A DNA stretch of 64,000 nucleotides from Patellaria atrata CBS 101060 (Eukaryota): contig MU006112.1 of assembly GCA_010093705.1 (NCBI GenBank), positions 1 to 64,000 of the forward strand. The letters run 5' to 3'. Each line of letters opens with the position of its first letter. The stretch's first letter is position 1. Below the pieces are notes generated by a model. The model made no database searches. It had not been told where the DNA came from and worked only from the letters and a program-made list of their open reading frames with translations. The position numbers were made by a program, and so were the translations under genes. Of this stretch, positions 36,783 through 51,171 are shown piece after piece.

Positions 36783-38898
36783 ATGTCCTCACGTCGGGCA
36801 TTATCTTTGTTCGTATGTCCTTTGGCTCCGTTTTTAATCCCATCATCGGCGCGTTATACACTCAAACAAACCCTTCGATACTCGTGGATACAAACAACCT
36901 CGAGAGGAGTTGCGTCTAAATCTCGACGAAGAAAAGTACAGATACCTAGGGGTCAAATCGAAAGTATAGATAAGAATAGAGAAGTAGGATTTTGTGAACT
37001 CATATCGTTGAGCAGCCGTACTAAGTGTTTTGTAGGTTCTTGACCAGTATCGCGCCTCTATTCGGTCGAGGTCCCTCAGCGATGTTATCCGTCTCTATCC
37101 AGGGGTCGCAGAGAAGAGATTCCTTACAGTCTCCGATGCATCGGAGACAATAGGGTTCGTACTCAACTTCTACCGGACCACACCAGACGCATTGAAGCCC
37201 AAGATAAAGCCAGAATTACTCGCCTTTGCAGAATCATTAATCGAAGACTTGAAGAATGGCCGCCTACCATCCCGTAGCGATGTCCTCGTGAAGATTATCT
37301 CTTTCTTAAAACACACGGAGGAGTATGAGATAGGTGAACACTTTTGGGCGTGGGTTGTACAGCAGGATGACGAGTTTGTTTCCCAACATGTGTACGGGGC
37401 TATGTTGGAGCTATTAGCATTTCAGGGGAGGAAATCGCTCGAGGAACTTGAGGATATGTATCAACAGGCACTTAAACGATGTCCTGGCACATTTGCCGCA
37501 TATCACCTATCACCGGAAGCTATAGTCCCGGATCGCTCGCAATACCTGGATCTCAAGGGCCTATCAATGACACTTCTTCAAGGCATTATCACGGCTAGAG
37601 ATTGTCATGGCGATTGGCGAGGTGCGTATTTAGGTCTAGATACCGCACTCCGGCTCTATCCTACTCAGTGTCCTACAAGAATATTCGAATTATTCATCTA
37701 CAATCGCCCGTCTCCTGGGGAAGCATATGACGTCTTCCTACTTGCGTGCCGATCAGGTCACAAATTGCGCCCGGAGATACTACTAGCTGTCTTGAACAAA
37801 CTTGCAGCCTTTACGCTCAACAGACCTGAGTTGTCTGTGACTACGTATCTCGGATTCGCAAGGGCTATGCTAAACGCCATGCGTGCGCATGTTGGCGTGG
37901 GCGGAGTCATCAATAAATACCACCTCAACAAACTTGTCGCGATGCTATCACGTGCCCTCCCAAATGAAGACAACTCAGGAACCTCGGACGAGACATACAA
38001 CGAGAGCATCGCATCAGCAGGCTACTCCATCACGAAAATATGCCTAGAAGCCGGTATCGAGGCAGACATCACCATCTTCAACACCCTCATCCACCTAGGC
38101 GGTGCAGCAAAACAACCCCAATTGAGTCTCACCGCAGTTCAGGACATCGCTGACCTACAGCTCGAGCCCACAAAGATTACCTACCGAACTTTGCTCCTTG
38201 CCGCAGGCTATAACTGCAAACCCAAGGCCATCGAGCAGAGCTGGAGAACTTTAGTCGAAGCCTCGGAGGCGCAACGCCAAGCGCTCGACGTCACGGATTG
38301 GAAAGCACTGGCTACGGCTTGCAGGAAAGCAGATCACCGAGAATTCATACAGGACCAGAAACAACAGCAAAGCCACACCATGACCGACGCCATCAAGAGG
38401 GAAATAGCAAGAGAGCTTGGACGCTCCGACCGCACCGTCTCGCCCAAACTAGCGGGCGACGATCCAGCGAAGATCAAAGCCCTCACCGAGGACCTCGTTG
38501 ACAGAGCCGCGGGAATAGCGGAGATGATGAAGACTCGGCTCTCATCGGACTTTTACAACCATCCCATACCCATGACGCTCGATCTGGGCTTCTCGCTCGG
38601 AAGGGAAGAAGACCTGCGCGCGATCTACGACGAACTGACGACGGACCCGCAACAGGTTGCGTCTGTAAGGACGGGACCGAAACCGACGAGCACCACCGGG
38701 TTCCCGCTCGACGAGCTCAGATTCCGCAATTGGCTCTCCGTCAACAATCTCCTCGCGCAGGCTGAGGCGACTCAGGAGGAAAGGCATGTGCCAGACGGTA
38801 CCGCGCCGGATGAGGTAGGTACACCCGACGAGGGGGACAGGACCGCGCGCTTGGATGCGTTGAGGCGGCGTATCTTGCGGCTTCGGGGCCGGAAATAA
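36783..38898 (+). CDS. Mitochondrial pentatricopeptide-repeat-like helical protein
   Basis: Arg/Ser-rich presequence, PPR-like repeats (ADITIFNTLIHLGG, PTKITYRTLLLAAG, HVYGAMLELLA) and a C-terminal GFPLDELRFRNWLSVNNLL motif. One intron at about 36984-37036. Confidence 0.65.
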
Positions 38899-40248
38899 AA
38901 TGGATATCATCTGCGGTGGTTGTGCAGTGTAGGGTAGATTTGTATGATATGTTGTTTTACACTCTTGATTCTGGAAATCGTGATGATGGGTGTGTTGGTG
39001 ATTGAGGAGTTCTAGAACAAGCATGGTGTCGATCAGTAACAACAACGGTGCGGTTGATCGACGTATACCCGTACATGGATGGTGAATCATTCGTTATAGT
39101 GCACACCCATATATTGTCTTTTGTGAATGATACCATGGAGAATTTCCGTACTCAGAGATAACGCAGGGCTCTGCAGACACACTTTTGAACAGGGCCACCG
39201 GCCACGTCAAGCGCGCAGGTACATGCACAGGGTTAATAGGTACGTTCGGCACGCTGCATGCATATGTAGAGTTGCGATTTGCGCTATCGGGAGAATTGAG
39301 GTGATAAGGGCGGGAATGGGGTGGTGGCGTAGTGGGTTTGCTATTACTTACTTTATAAATGTGCGAACGCGGTGAGGGACGTGATAAGAAATGGACAAGT
39401 CTATGGGTGGATCGTATGGAATTTCTTGCGGTCTGCATGTCTCGCTGATGACTGCGCGCCGGGGAAAGGACTGTGTGGTGAAGATAACTGGGTCTGGTAT
39501 TCATTTACGAGGTTCCGCGGAGGGCGTGGTTGGTGGAATGCGAGGGCGTGTGCACGAAGGTACGTCGGGATAAAAAGATAAAATGAGTACAAATGCACAG
39601 ATGAGCATGATAGGAGACGAGAATAGCGATCAAAGTATTTGACTCCTTATGGAGAAATTCGATTCGAATAATGCGATAGAAGGGTATGGTATGTATCTAT
39701 AGCCGAAAGAAGAGACAACTTGCGCTGCGAGTATCTGATCGCTGCTGCGCGCCATCAGGGTATTACCAATGTATAAGAAAAAGTGGGAAAGCATTATGAG
39801 GTATATAGATCCAAAACGACAAGAATAGAAGATAACAATAACTGCCCGCTATGGAGGAAGTAGAGAAACAGATAAGATGTTCGCTGCAATGACTTTCCAA
39901 AACGAGAAAGCAGTTCCGAAAAGACACAACCACAACCAAAAGTAAAGAAGTCCCTCGGTAAACAGTAAGCCAGATTCCCAGACGCACAATGCGTTTCATC
40001 TCTCCCCTCATGCGAGGAGAGCCCCTTCACCGCCCCGATGATAGCCTGAACTCCAATGCTAAAGCGAGTCCCAAGCTTTTAGTTTGACAAAGAGAAGGAG
40101 AAGGCGGTAGCAGAAAGCGCATTTGCTCGCTATGCTCGCAACCAATTCCCATAAAGACAAGACGCCAGACCCATTAAGAACACCGCACCATGCAAGCTTT
40201 ATTCCTCAGCCGTAGTAGAAAGGGTTGAAGATTGCCGTCAGGAAGCGC

Positions 40249-40503
40249 TCAGGCGCCGACGGTAGCTTGCTCGGCTGGTCTTGTAAGAGACCAAGTACTC
40301 GGGGTCTGCGGTCTCGAGGAGCCAGATGGGAATTCGAAGCCCACAGGGGATGGTGGCGGTGCGGGAGTCTCTTCAATCTGAGATGAGCGTGCAGAATTTG
40401 GTTTAGAGGCTTTGAAGGCGGCGGAGACGTCGTGACCAAGAGTGCTGTGAGTGTACAGCGAGAGGCGCTGGCGGGGATTGGTGGATGATTGAGAGGTGGA
40501 CAT
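40249..40503 (-). CDS. Small 84-aa Ser/Pro-rich hypothetical protein
   Basis: The ATG sits in a strong AAAATG context after a C/A-rich leader, with a TATA-like TTATAT about 150 nt upstream. The product is MSTSQSSTNPRQRLSLYTHSTLGHDVSAAFKASKP...PPPSPVGFEFP. I recognise no family. Confidence 0.5.
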   Translation of the reverse strand: MSTSQSSTNPRQRLSLYTHSTLGHDVSAAFKASKPNSARSSQIEETPAPPPSPVGFEFPSGSSRPQTPSTWSLTRPAEQATVGA

Positions 40504-43500
40504 TTTAGTTATTTGAGATTTTGGATGAGTTGAGAGGTTGAATTTAGGTTTAGGGTTCGGTTGACCAGAGGCGGACTGAGCGAAAACGCAAGTTTTGTAG
40601 TGATTGATAGATTTTAGATTTCTTGAGACGACGGAGGATGACCCTTTCCTGATATAAGAGCCTTGGATTTTCCAAGGTTCGAATGTTTTTTTGGACCTGT
40701 GGTGCCAGCAGATCAGTATACTTGTTCCTGCGTAGGGATGTGTTGGCATGCAGTTGGGCTTACGGGATTGCTTATTACTGGGCAAGGCAGTCTTATCTTT
40801 AGTAGACGCAATCTAACGATTGAATACTTGTATCAGGACTGCGGGAATAAGAAAGTACAGCAGTGGAAGTGTAATAGATTGATAACAGGTTTCGGGAAGC
40901 TTGGTGGTGACTTTATATCTGATATGCAAAAAAAACAAAACTCAAGAATCAAAAGCAAGAGCAACTGCAGCATCCAAGGAGGTTTAAGTATTTTGGACAG
41001 CTTGCTCACCGCAAATCCTGACTCGCATAAAAACAAAGCAAGCTAGATCTTAAAGAAGTCTGGGGAACACTACCGGAGTTTTGAGATTAGGGGATAAAGA
41101 GTGTCCATATCCCCACGCGAGATTCTGGGCTCCGTGTGGATATGTCTTTTGGCCCGATTCCCCAGTTGATCCCTACCCCCACTCATAAGTTTTCGGAAGT
41201 ATGGGATGAGAAAGACCATCAGTGCCATGCCCGGGTGTCGACGGCATCGTGTTTGACATTGTAGGGGGGTGGAAATGCTATTGCTCTGGTTGCGATTTGC
41301 TTGGGGGCTGCCTTGCCTAAAGTATTAATCTCTACCGGCATGATGCAAGGAAGACCAATTAAGGTCCAACAACAAAGACCATGGGCCCAGTTAGTGGCAC
41401 CTTTCAAGGTGACATTTCAGCCATGCGCGTCAGAGAAACTGATGAGAGAGGGGCAGAGTGGCAGACTGGTATTATCACCAACAGCCTTCTACCGGTGTTG
41501 TCACCTCGGTATCTCACCCAGTAACGGGGTAAGAAGTTTGAGTAACGGTCCAACTTGTTCGATATGTTATACTGTATGTGATCCGGATGTCAGCAAACAG
41601 GGCAGGACCTGCTGTCATCTATCCAAGCCCTTTTCGTTAATCACCATTATTCGCCGCAAGGAGCACGCAAGGGAAGCGAGCATCCTTGAATTGTAACGGT
41701 GATACGACTTCCTTTATTTTTCTGAGCCTGAGCTTTCCCGACAGGGTTTGTGAAGTGTGGGAAGAAGGGGGTGAAGGAGACTCTCGCATCGACATCACAT
41801 CGCACATCGCACATCGCACATCGCCTTATGCAAGGCTGGACAACTTCCCCACGTCGTACGCGAGCGCACGCTTCCCCGTCGTTGGTCGGAATGTGCGACC
41901 AGAAGTCCCAGAAGCGTCTTCGCTCCCGAGAGTCCGGGTCCGGGGAGAGGCCTGTCATGGAGACATGGGACTCATCGTCCTCTTGGTCCTTTCTGCAGTT
42001 GACGGGGCTGCATTTCTTCCACACACACACATCTCACCGCCGTCTGGTTGAGCACAAGTTTAAGAACAACTTGCATATCGATGCTTTTCTAGTCCTCCCA
42101 GACCGACTTGTCCAATCTTGAGATGCTCCGATATCTGTCATGAGTCTTCGCCGCATCACCCTCCGCTCGCTCATTGACGCTGATATGAAGCCAACTCTTG
42201 TCACTCTATTATTGAACACTCTTTCAGTAATAGAGCTTTGTCCCCCATACTATGCCGAAATATTATATCAGCTCCGACGTTCCGGAAGTCCAGAGAGCAT
42301 TGAAAATTCGAAATAATTCCCCATACTGCTCTAATAACGCAGCTACCAATAGCAATAATATTCTAGAAAATATAGTCCCCCCTGAACTTATTTCGCTCCA
42401 AGGATCGAAGCAGCCATCCTGAAATAGTGCCGGGCTGACGCGTGGTAAACGCTTCCTAGCCCTAAAACTGACAGCTCTTCCTCCTTCCATCAGTCCAAGT
42501 CAGGGATTTCCGGTCGCAAATCCCTCCAGAAAAGTGTTAAGAAGCCGTCCGGGGAGAGGTGCGCCGGCGAGCCTAAAAGCATTCCATCTCGTCCAGACGG
42601 CACATCACCTGCTAACGTTAAACGGGCTTCTGGAAAATCGTATTCTTCCTTTCGTGCCTTTACAGAGCCGGACGTTTTGTTCGCTAGCATTCTAAGCCGT
42701 TTTCCGCCATATGGCTTGACTCGTTTTGCCTGTACAACTTGTTACTCGCCGTCCGGGGTATTATCCAGAAGTTGGAGCGCATATGAATCATCTGAATATT
42801 AATCGCTCGAGTTTGCCCCCAGGAAACAGCTGGCAAGATTCGTAAAATCTCTTTCTGTGCTATATCAACCGTTTGTGTTCTGTATGGTTGTTTTGCTGCA
42901 AAGAGTAACTAGTCGCTATGCAAGCTGTTCTTTAGTTAGCGTCTCATGCCTTTACGGCCTGCTCTTTGCGGTACAACGTTGCCAATGTTGATTAGATTAA
43001 TTGCATACGATGGAGCGGTCCGCAACATGGGACCGGGAAATGACTGGAAGGGGAAAGATAGTCAGATTTGATTCCTTCCAGCCTTCTCCAGACCGCATGA
43101 GACAGCTGCATTTCGCCTTCATCAAAGAGAATATGTGGTGTAGCCTTACCCTCATTATTTTCGTACTCTGCATAAGGGATGAGTCGCATCCACTGAGAAA
43201 AGGGGATTTTCTTTGTCTCAAAGCCGTGTCTGAGCAACTCGGATGCCACCGAAGTAGAGAAGATCGCCGGGAGAGAATTTCCAAAGACTCTGTTCTGCTC
43301 CACAACTTGTGATCCACGACGCTGCATTCGTTTGGGTCGATTAAGCTGTCAAAAGCATAGCGGTGTTTCACTATCCAGTCCCTTTTCCTGATTGAAAGAG
43401 AGTCGAAACGTCATCGCATTTCTGAAGTTAGCATGACTCGGAACTTCAATCTTGGGTCTTTTCCATCGTCGATTTCTAAATTTTAGGAATTAGGATCTGG

Positions 43501-44167
43501 TGGATGGATATGCTGGAGTTGCGTTGGTGGCTTTTGACGTGATTCTGGTCGTGCTGCTTTTCTTCAGTAGAAAACTTGCTGGTTGTACGTCCTTACCTAC
43601 GTTTACGGATATTTGCAGTTTAGGCACTCACCGCTCGTACTGCTAAGAATGTATTACACCATACAAATAATAAAGTAATCAAACTGAAGTCAATGGACCT
43701 GGCAGAGCTATTAATGATCAAGGACAAATCGACGTTTCTTTGGCAAGGTTTTTCAAAGAATGCTCGACTACGAGAGTTAATCCGGCAAAAGTAGCACGGC
43801 CAAAGAGCCAACAGCAAGGAACAAAACAACCAAGGTCTCCAATATGGTAGTTTCCATAAGAAACGGATCTTTACCTATCAGAGGTATCATTTTGGGTCAT
43901 TATTCGGCTCTAGATATAGCCACAACCGGTTTATCAGATCAAGGGACGGCAGCGGTTTTTCACATCTAAGAGATTATCAACCAACTCCTAGTCGCTAAAG
44001 ACATCTTGATTGTCATGATCGGTCATAGAAGGTTATTGCCGTTCGTTTGACAGAGACACAAATTCCGATTTTCCGACCTGTGCTGTGGTATGCTCCATAC
44101 AATGAGACGCAAGTGTAATAGAAGTTTTCCATCCATCTGAACAAAGAGAGTCTCCTCAAATAACTCT

Positions 44168-44972
44168 CTATACCTTGAAACCCCTTGATCGTCTGCGACC
44201 ACGAGCCCTCTCGAATTTCCTGCCTTTGCTCGCGACATATGGCTTCTATAAACATATTAATATCAGTCCACCATTTTGACTTCGAAGAGTTTCATACCTT
44301 ATGGGAGTGTGGTCCGAAGCCAAAGTGCTTCACGGCCTCTCTGGCATTCTTTGGTCCTCGGAGGAGTAACGTGTTGGCGCCAGTTGGGGCACGAACGGCA
44401 ACTTGATCGAGAGTGAGGGCCTCGCCTCCAGCAGCAGTTATTCTAGCTCGCGCAGTGGCGGTGAATCTAAGAGCTGCAATTGACAACTTGGGAACAGTCA
44501 ACAGACGGTTGTCGTCAGTCACAGTGCCCACAACTACGATCGTCTTTCCCTCGTGAGCCTTGGCAGAATATGAGTTCGCGGCGGTTGCAACGATACGAGA
44601 GATGGACAATGGTGGTCGGTTGATCTTGGACATGAAAAGACGGCGGAGGACGGTTTTGTTAAAGGGAGCGTCGGTACGGCCTGATCAGTACTTGTTAGAT
44701 TTTGCCAATCGCCGGAAGTATTTCAATCTTATAACTAACGGGCAAGGAATCGGTAAAGCTTCACAAGCAGCTTAAGATAGCTGTTGTCGCTCTTAGGGGC
44801 CTTGCGGTGAGTGCTCCGCACATGGTGGGCGTCCAAATCGATACCTGTGTGAAGGTGCAAGTGTTAGCCATTTGTTTCGCCTCTCTCCATGCGCATTTCC
44901 TCAATCCGGTCTGTCCCATTATGACATAAACCTTGTGTGCAGAGTGAGAATATGAGGACTGAACATACCCAT
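44168..44972 (-). CDS. RPL18: 60S ribosomal protein eL18
   Basis: [45 protein letters not shown]...[13 protein letters not shown]...[10 protein letters not shown]...[25 protein letters not shown]. Three introns. Confidence 0.97.
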
Positions 44973-45223
44973 GGTGACTATGTTTGTGGGCGGTGGTTAG
45001 TAAAATGTCGTCGTCGTCAAGTCGTAGCAGACGTTGTGTGCGAAGTTGAATCTTTGATCGCTTAGCCACCCAAGAACGTATTAGCGTCTTGGCTTGATTA
45101 ACATGCCTGGAAAGACAGAACATCAACCAGGAACAGATGAGAACGCAGTATCCAAGCGATTTCATTCTGTGAACGTACAATACTGCAGCTTCTACGAGAA
45201 AGTGTTAAATACTCCCGCGCAAT

Positions 45224-45876
45224 ATGGCTCCCAATCTATCCCTCTTCTCTGTCAATGCCATCCTTATTCTAGCCACAGACGATTCCTCCAGACTACTCGC
45301 GAAATACTATTCTGCACCGCATCCACCTACCGGAACTCCTGCTGGATCAACAAATTATCCCGGAGCGAACCCATATCCAAATGTTAAAGATCAGAAAGCT
45401 TTCGAAAAGGGCTTATTAGAGAAGACGGCTAAACAGACCAGTGATATCATACTCTATGATAACAGAATCATAGTCTTTAAGATGGAAAGCGATGTTATGC
45501 TATACGTGGTTGGGGGTGCAGACGAGAATGAAATCTTGATATATAATGTTATTCTGGCTCTGCGGGACTCTCTCAACATTCTCCTAAAGTATGTGTTCTG
45601 AGCTCAATGTCAGCACTGGTTCTAAACATATCCAGGAACTCTACAGACAAGAGGACCATCGTTGAGAACTACGACCTAGTCTCCTTAGCGATTGACGAGA
45701 TCGTGGATGATGGTATTGTTTTAGAGACAGATCCCATCGTGGTTGCATCGCGAGTAACACGACCTCCGGCCCAGGATATGCCAAATATGAAGAGCATCGA
45801 TCTTTCAGAACAAGGGTTAATGAATATGTGGGACCTTGCAAAGGCCAAGGGATTGGAGCGGTTACGGCAAATGTAG
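45224..45876 (+). CDS. RET3: Coatomer subunit zeta
   Basis: RLLAKYY...DQKAFEKGLLEKT...DKRTIVENYDLVSLAIDEIVDDGIVLETDP. One intron at about 45589-45635. Confidence 0.95.
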
Positions 45877-46403
45877 GCGTGCATTTGAAACGGCGTTCTA
45901 GGAGTTTGAAGCCTTCTTTGTTGAAAGCATAAGCATCCCCGGATCAAGCCTTGAGCAGGGCGCGATGTTATTGTGTGGTACTAGGGAGAGAAGGAGAATA
46001 GCGGTCAAATACTTGACGTATTCTCACAAGCTCGCTTTATCCAGTTCTAACGAATTGGTGGAAGCTGGATCCAGCAGAGAGCGCAGAGTAAATCATCTGA
46101 ATATGTTAGAAGACTGGAAGCCCACAAGCCAGTGTTTGCAAATACATGCATGGATGGGGCGTTCGTCTTCATAGCTTATGAATATTATGGGGACACGTTT
46201 CTTTGGTCTATTCTCTGTTTCATTAACTCCTTACCTGACCGTACCTGATCTCGCGGGGCTTTTTTTAACCCTTGAGCCACATCGCGCCACACCCCACGTT
46301 GATCCTCGCCCGCCTTCAGATGACGCATGTTGATCTCGTCTCGATACAACCTTTGCAGTACTGTTCTTTCCGCAACGTATGGCTATTGACATAGTGCACC
46401 GGC

Positions 46404-49400
46404 ATGAAGCAACGATTCTCTTCCCTAGATGTTAAAGTATGCGCCTTACCACACCCCGGAAGCCATGGAAGCTAACAGTATAGGTCATCGCTCATGAACT
46501 ATCAAAACGCCTTGTCAGCCTTCGAGTGTCCAATATATACGACCTCTCCACCGTAAGGTATCCGGCTCCCAACTGATCTATCAGTACTAAGAATCTATAC
46601 ATAGCGCATATTTCTGTTAAAATTCCAAAAACCTGACCACCGGGAACAATTAGTGGTCGACTCCGGCTTTCGATGCCACCTTACAAGCTTCGCAAGGGAG
46701 ACCGCCGCAGCGCCCTCTCCATTCGTTGCGAGGCTACGAAAGTTTCTACGGACTAGACGAGTCACTGCAGTCTCTCAAGTCGGAACGGATCGAATACTTG
46801 ACTTCCAGTTCTCGGATGGACAGTACCGGCTGTTCCTCGAATTCTATGCAGGAGGTAATATTATACTTACCGATGGGGAACTGAAAATTCTTGCATTACT
46901 TCGGAACGTTGATGAAGGCGAAGAGCATGAAAAGTTACGAATTGGGTTAAAATATAATCTATCCTTACGGCAAAACTATGGAGGAATCTCACCATTAACG
47001 AAGGAGAGGCTAAAAGAAGGGTTACAAAAGTCGATCGAAAAGCAAAGTGATGGGACAGCAAAGAAAATCAAGAGCAAACCAGGCGATGTTCTTAGGAGGG
47101 CCCTCGCTGTGTCCATTACTGAATATCCGCCTATGTTGGTTGATCACGCCCTGCGAGTTAAGGAATTTGATAGGAGCACCACTTTAGAACAGGTTGTTGA
47201 AGACGAATCGTTACAGGATAAGCTCTTAGAAGTTTTAGAAGAAGCAAAACGCGTAATTACGGATATTACTAGCGCTGAAACTACAAAGGGTTACATCATT
47301 GCGAAGCATATCACCCCTGAAGGGAGCGCGTCCGATAATTCAGTCACATCAAATAAGAACTTGAAATACGATGACTTCCACCCCTTTCGTCCCCGTCAAT
47401 TTGAGGATGATCCGGCCAAGACGTTCTTAGAGTTTGATGGCTTCAATAAGACCGTCGACGAATTCTTCTCATCCATAGAGGGTCAGAAATTGGAGAGTCG
47501 CCTTCAGGAGCGGGAAGAAAATGCAAGAAAAAGAATTGCGAAGGCACGGCTAGATCATGAGAGACGAGTCGGTGTGCTTCAACAGGAGCAGGAGCTCAAT
47601 ATCCGCAAAGCTCAAGCGATTACTGCAAACCTTGATCGGGTAGAGGAGGCCAAAGCTGCTATAAATGGGTTGATCGCCAAGGGAATGGACTGGGTAGAGG
47701 TGGATCATCTGATAGAAAGAGAGCAAAAACAGGGCAATCCGGTCGCTGAAATAATAAAGTTACCCCTCAAACTCTACGAGAACACTGCTACGTTTCTACT
47801 TGCTGAGAAAGGGTCCCAGGATGAGCTAGACTTCGAGGGCGAAGAGACTGACAGTGAACCTTCGGATAGTGAGGAGGAAGAGCACGAAAAAAAGTCGAAG
47901 GGAAACACTAGTAAAGCTCACGATAAGCGACTCACTGTAGACATTGATCTTGCGCTTTCAGTTTGGGCGAATGCGAGTCAGTATTACGATCAGAAGAAAT
48001 TCGCCGCCGTTAAAGAGGAGAGAACCATCGCCGCTTCTACAAAAGCATTGAAAAGCACTGAAAAGAAGATTGAGGCAGATCTGAAGAAAGGATTGAATAA
48101 AGAGAAAGACGTTTTGCGACCTGTACGGAAGACCTACTGGTTTGAAAAGTACGTATACTTCATATCATCAGATGGATACTTAGTCCTTGGTGGCAAAGAC
48201 GCACAACAAAACGAGATTCTTTACAAACGATACCTCCGGAAGGGTGATGTGTATGTCCACGCAGATCTACATGGAGCTGCGTCTGTCATTATAAAGAACA
48301 GCCCGTCGACGCCAGATGCACCAGTACCACCCTCTACTCTGTCACAGGCAGGCAATCTTGCTGTGTCAACATCAAGTGCCTGGGATTCTAAGGCTGTAAT
48401 GTCCGCTTGGTGGGTCAATGCGGACCAAGTCTCCAAAACCGCGCCGACCGGCGAGTACTTATCCACTGGCGGATTCATGATCCGCGGGAAGAAGAATTTT
48501 CTTCCTCCAGCTCAACTGCTACTAGGTTTCGCAGTTATGTTCGAGATCAGCGAGGAAAGTAAAGTAAACCATGTAAAGCATCGGTTAGAAGATGCTGCAC
48601 CATTTTCGAACGATGATAAGATGGGAACAGGTACCTCATCAGCATTAGCAGCCAATACCGACGAAGATGATAAACCTTTAGATGACAGTGATAGTGACGA
48701 GGACTTTCCGGATGCTAAACTTGAATCAGCGTCCGAAGATGAGGATGAGGAACTCACAACAAACCCTCTAGAGGGTACTCGTGAGAATGACACACCTCAG
48801 AATCTGGGGAACGGCTCCGAGATTGAGCAGAATGCTAGCGTAGGCGAAGAGTCCACTGAATCTGAAGGAGAAAGTGAATACGGTCATCAAAATACTACCT
48901 CTGAACAGAAACCCAAAGCATCAACACGCCACTCAGCTCGCGAAAGACGACTCCTTCGCAAAGGTCCAAATCCCGCCACGGAGTCGCAACCCGATGTTTC
49001 ATCCGAAGCTCAAGATGACGCAGACAACGACTCCCAAGCGCCCACTTCAGCCCCAACCTCAACCCAAACTCCAAAACCGAAAACTGCCCCTCTCCCACGC
49101 GGCAAACGCGGTAAAGTAAAGAAGCTCACAACAAAATATGCCAACCAAGACGAGGAAGAACGCGAACTCGCGCTCCGCCTCCTAGGCTCCAAAGCCTCGA
49201 GAGAGCAACCCACCGATAATACCGACAACAAGAAAGCAAAAGAAGAGGAAGCCGCCGCACAGAAGCAGCGACGAAGGGAACAGCACCTCCGAGCCCAAGC
49301 CCTGGGAAAGGCCTCGGAGGAAGCCCGTCGTCGAGAGAACGAGGGCGAAACCGAGGGTGGCGACGCCCTCGTCGACGAAGAAGCCCTCCGTCTTGAACAA

Positions 49401-49808
49401 GTCGGTCTCGATGCTTTCGTCGGCCGTCCCCTGCCAGGCGATGAAATTATCGCCGCGATCCCTGTCTGCGCCCCGTGGGCGGCGTTGGCGAACTACAAGT
49501 TCAAAGCCAAACTGCAACCTGGCTCCGTCAAAAAGGGAAAAGCGGTCAAAGAGATCTTGTCGAGGTGGGATGTTGCGGCGAAGGAGCCGAAGAATGTGGA
49601 TCCGAAAGCTGAGGATGGGGAGAAGATGTGGCCGAGGGAGATTGAGTGTATCAAGGCGTGGAAGGAGGTCGAGGTTTATGGCGTCGTGCCGGTCAAGATG
49701 TGTAGGGTTATGATGGGAGATCCGAGGAAGGATGGGAAAGGGGGTCCCGGGGGGAGTAAGGGGAGCAGTAAAGCGAAGAGGGGAGGACGGGGGAGTAAGA
49801 GGAAATAG
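46404..49808 (+). CDS. RQC2: Ribosome quality control subunit Rqc2/Tae2 (NEMF)
   Basis: MKQRFSSLDVK|VIAHEL...RVSNIYDLST across two short introns, GTDRI, WFEKYVYFISSDGYLVLGGKDAQQNEILYKRY, VHADLHGA, VSKTAPTGEYL and a C-terminal PVCAPW...KLQPGSVKKGKA. Confidence 0.95.
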
Positions 49809-50011
49809 GGATGGTGGGGTAGTGGACAGTAGATTGGTGTAACGAGTGTAGACTAGATTCCATCAAGAGGAACTCTATAGAATGGAAAAAGCATTCATGT
49901 ACCATACTTATGAAGTGCTCCACAGACAAAATACATGTGATGATCCTGCTGCCGCAAGTTACGGTAGGGACAAGTTTCCGCACGTACGACGTTAGTATAT
50001 CTGAAAATAAG

Positions 50012-51171
50012 TCTTTCGAAAGAGCACGATTTTTTTTGTGGTCAGTTGCTTAAGGGTTACCAAATAAGAAAATCAATATAATTATCTAAAATCTCGCTTA
50101 AAAATGGCAAAGAATCATGTGCGATATGAATTTTGAGGTAAGATAGTGAAGTTCACCTGTTTCTCATCTGGTCTTCGGAGCACGCGAACGTTGTCGCCTC
50201 GCCCTGCCATTTTTTAAGATATAAACGCATGAAATTTTTTTTTGGTCATTCTAAATAGGATAAGAAACCGGTATGGTTATCTAAGATCACGTTAAAAAAA
50301 ATAATGAAGATTCATGTGCGATATGAGTTTTGGATGTGAAGTTCAGTTTCTCATCTGACCTTAAAGAAACATGGTAGGAATGAAGTCGATACACGGACCA
50401 CAGGCACGAGCAACATCCCAAATCTTAGCATATTCTGGCAGTGGATGAGCCTTCGAAAACTCAAGGAATTTTTTGATCATTAGTTTAACCATGAGTAGGG
50501 AAAGGAATCGATATAATCTAAGATCTCGCTCAAAAGTGGCGAAGATCCATGTGCAACATGACTTTTGAAGATAAAGTAGTGGAAGTTCAGTTTTCTTGTT
50601 TCTAAAGAGACCACACGGTATCCGTGTCAAGCAGACTTGCGCTGACCCGTAGATAATTAACCGTTCCGGGCACTCCTCTCGGGAGTACACCACGGGACGG
50701 GACTACCAGCACCATATCCGAGATCTTGGCATGGAAATACCAGCAGATATTCTTTGAACGACCGTGAATTTTTTTTGGTCATCTCCTTAACGGCTTCAAA
50801 TTTATTAAATTCTTATGCATATTTAGAATCGCCTCAAAAAATGTGATACATTCATGTATAAAATGAAGATTTTAGATATAATGATACAAGTTCAGTTTCC
50901 CCGAGAACGACTGCGCACAGGGCGGCTTAGACGGTAACCATGACGCGCGGGGATGCACCGGATGCCACCCGACCCGATGAACATCCGATCCATACCTTGG
51001 CACACAATGGAATCCCTTCGAAACGGTGATTTTTTTGGTCATCTCCCTAATAGCTAGGAATATAAAAAGTCTAAATAGTTCTCTATAATTCCCTCAAAAA
51101 ATCAGACCGATCCGTGTGCAGTATGGAATTTTTAGATTTTTTTTTAGATATAGTGGTGGAAGTTCAGCTTC
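50012..51171 (+). repeat. Tandem array of 5 diverged ~150-200 bp repeat units
   Basis: Blocks CTTCGAA..CGTGA-T(7-10)-GGTCA ... ATCTAAGATCTCGC..AAAA ... GATTCATGTGCGATATGA.TTTTG ... GAAGTTCAGTTTC recur. AAGTTCA falls at about 50149, 50339, 50583, 50888 and 51160. Confidence 0.88.
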
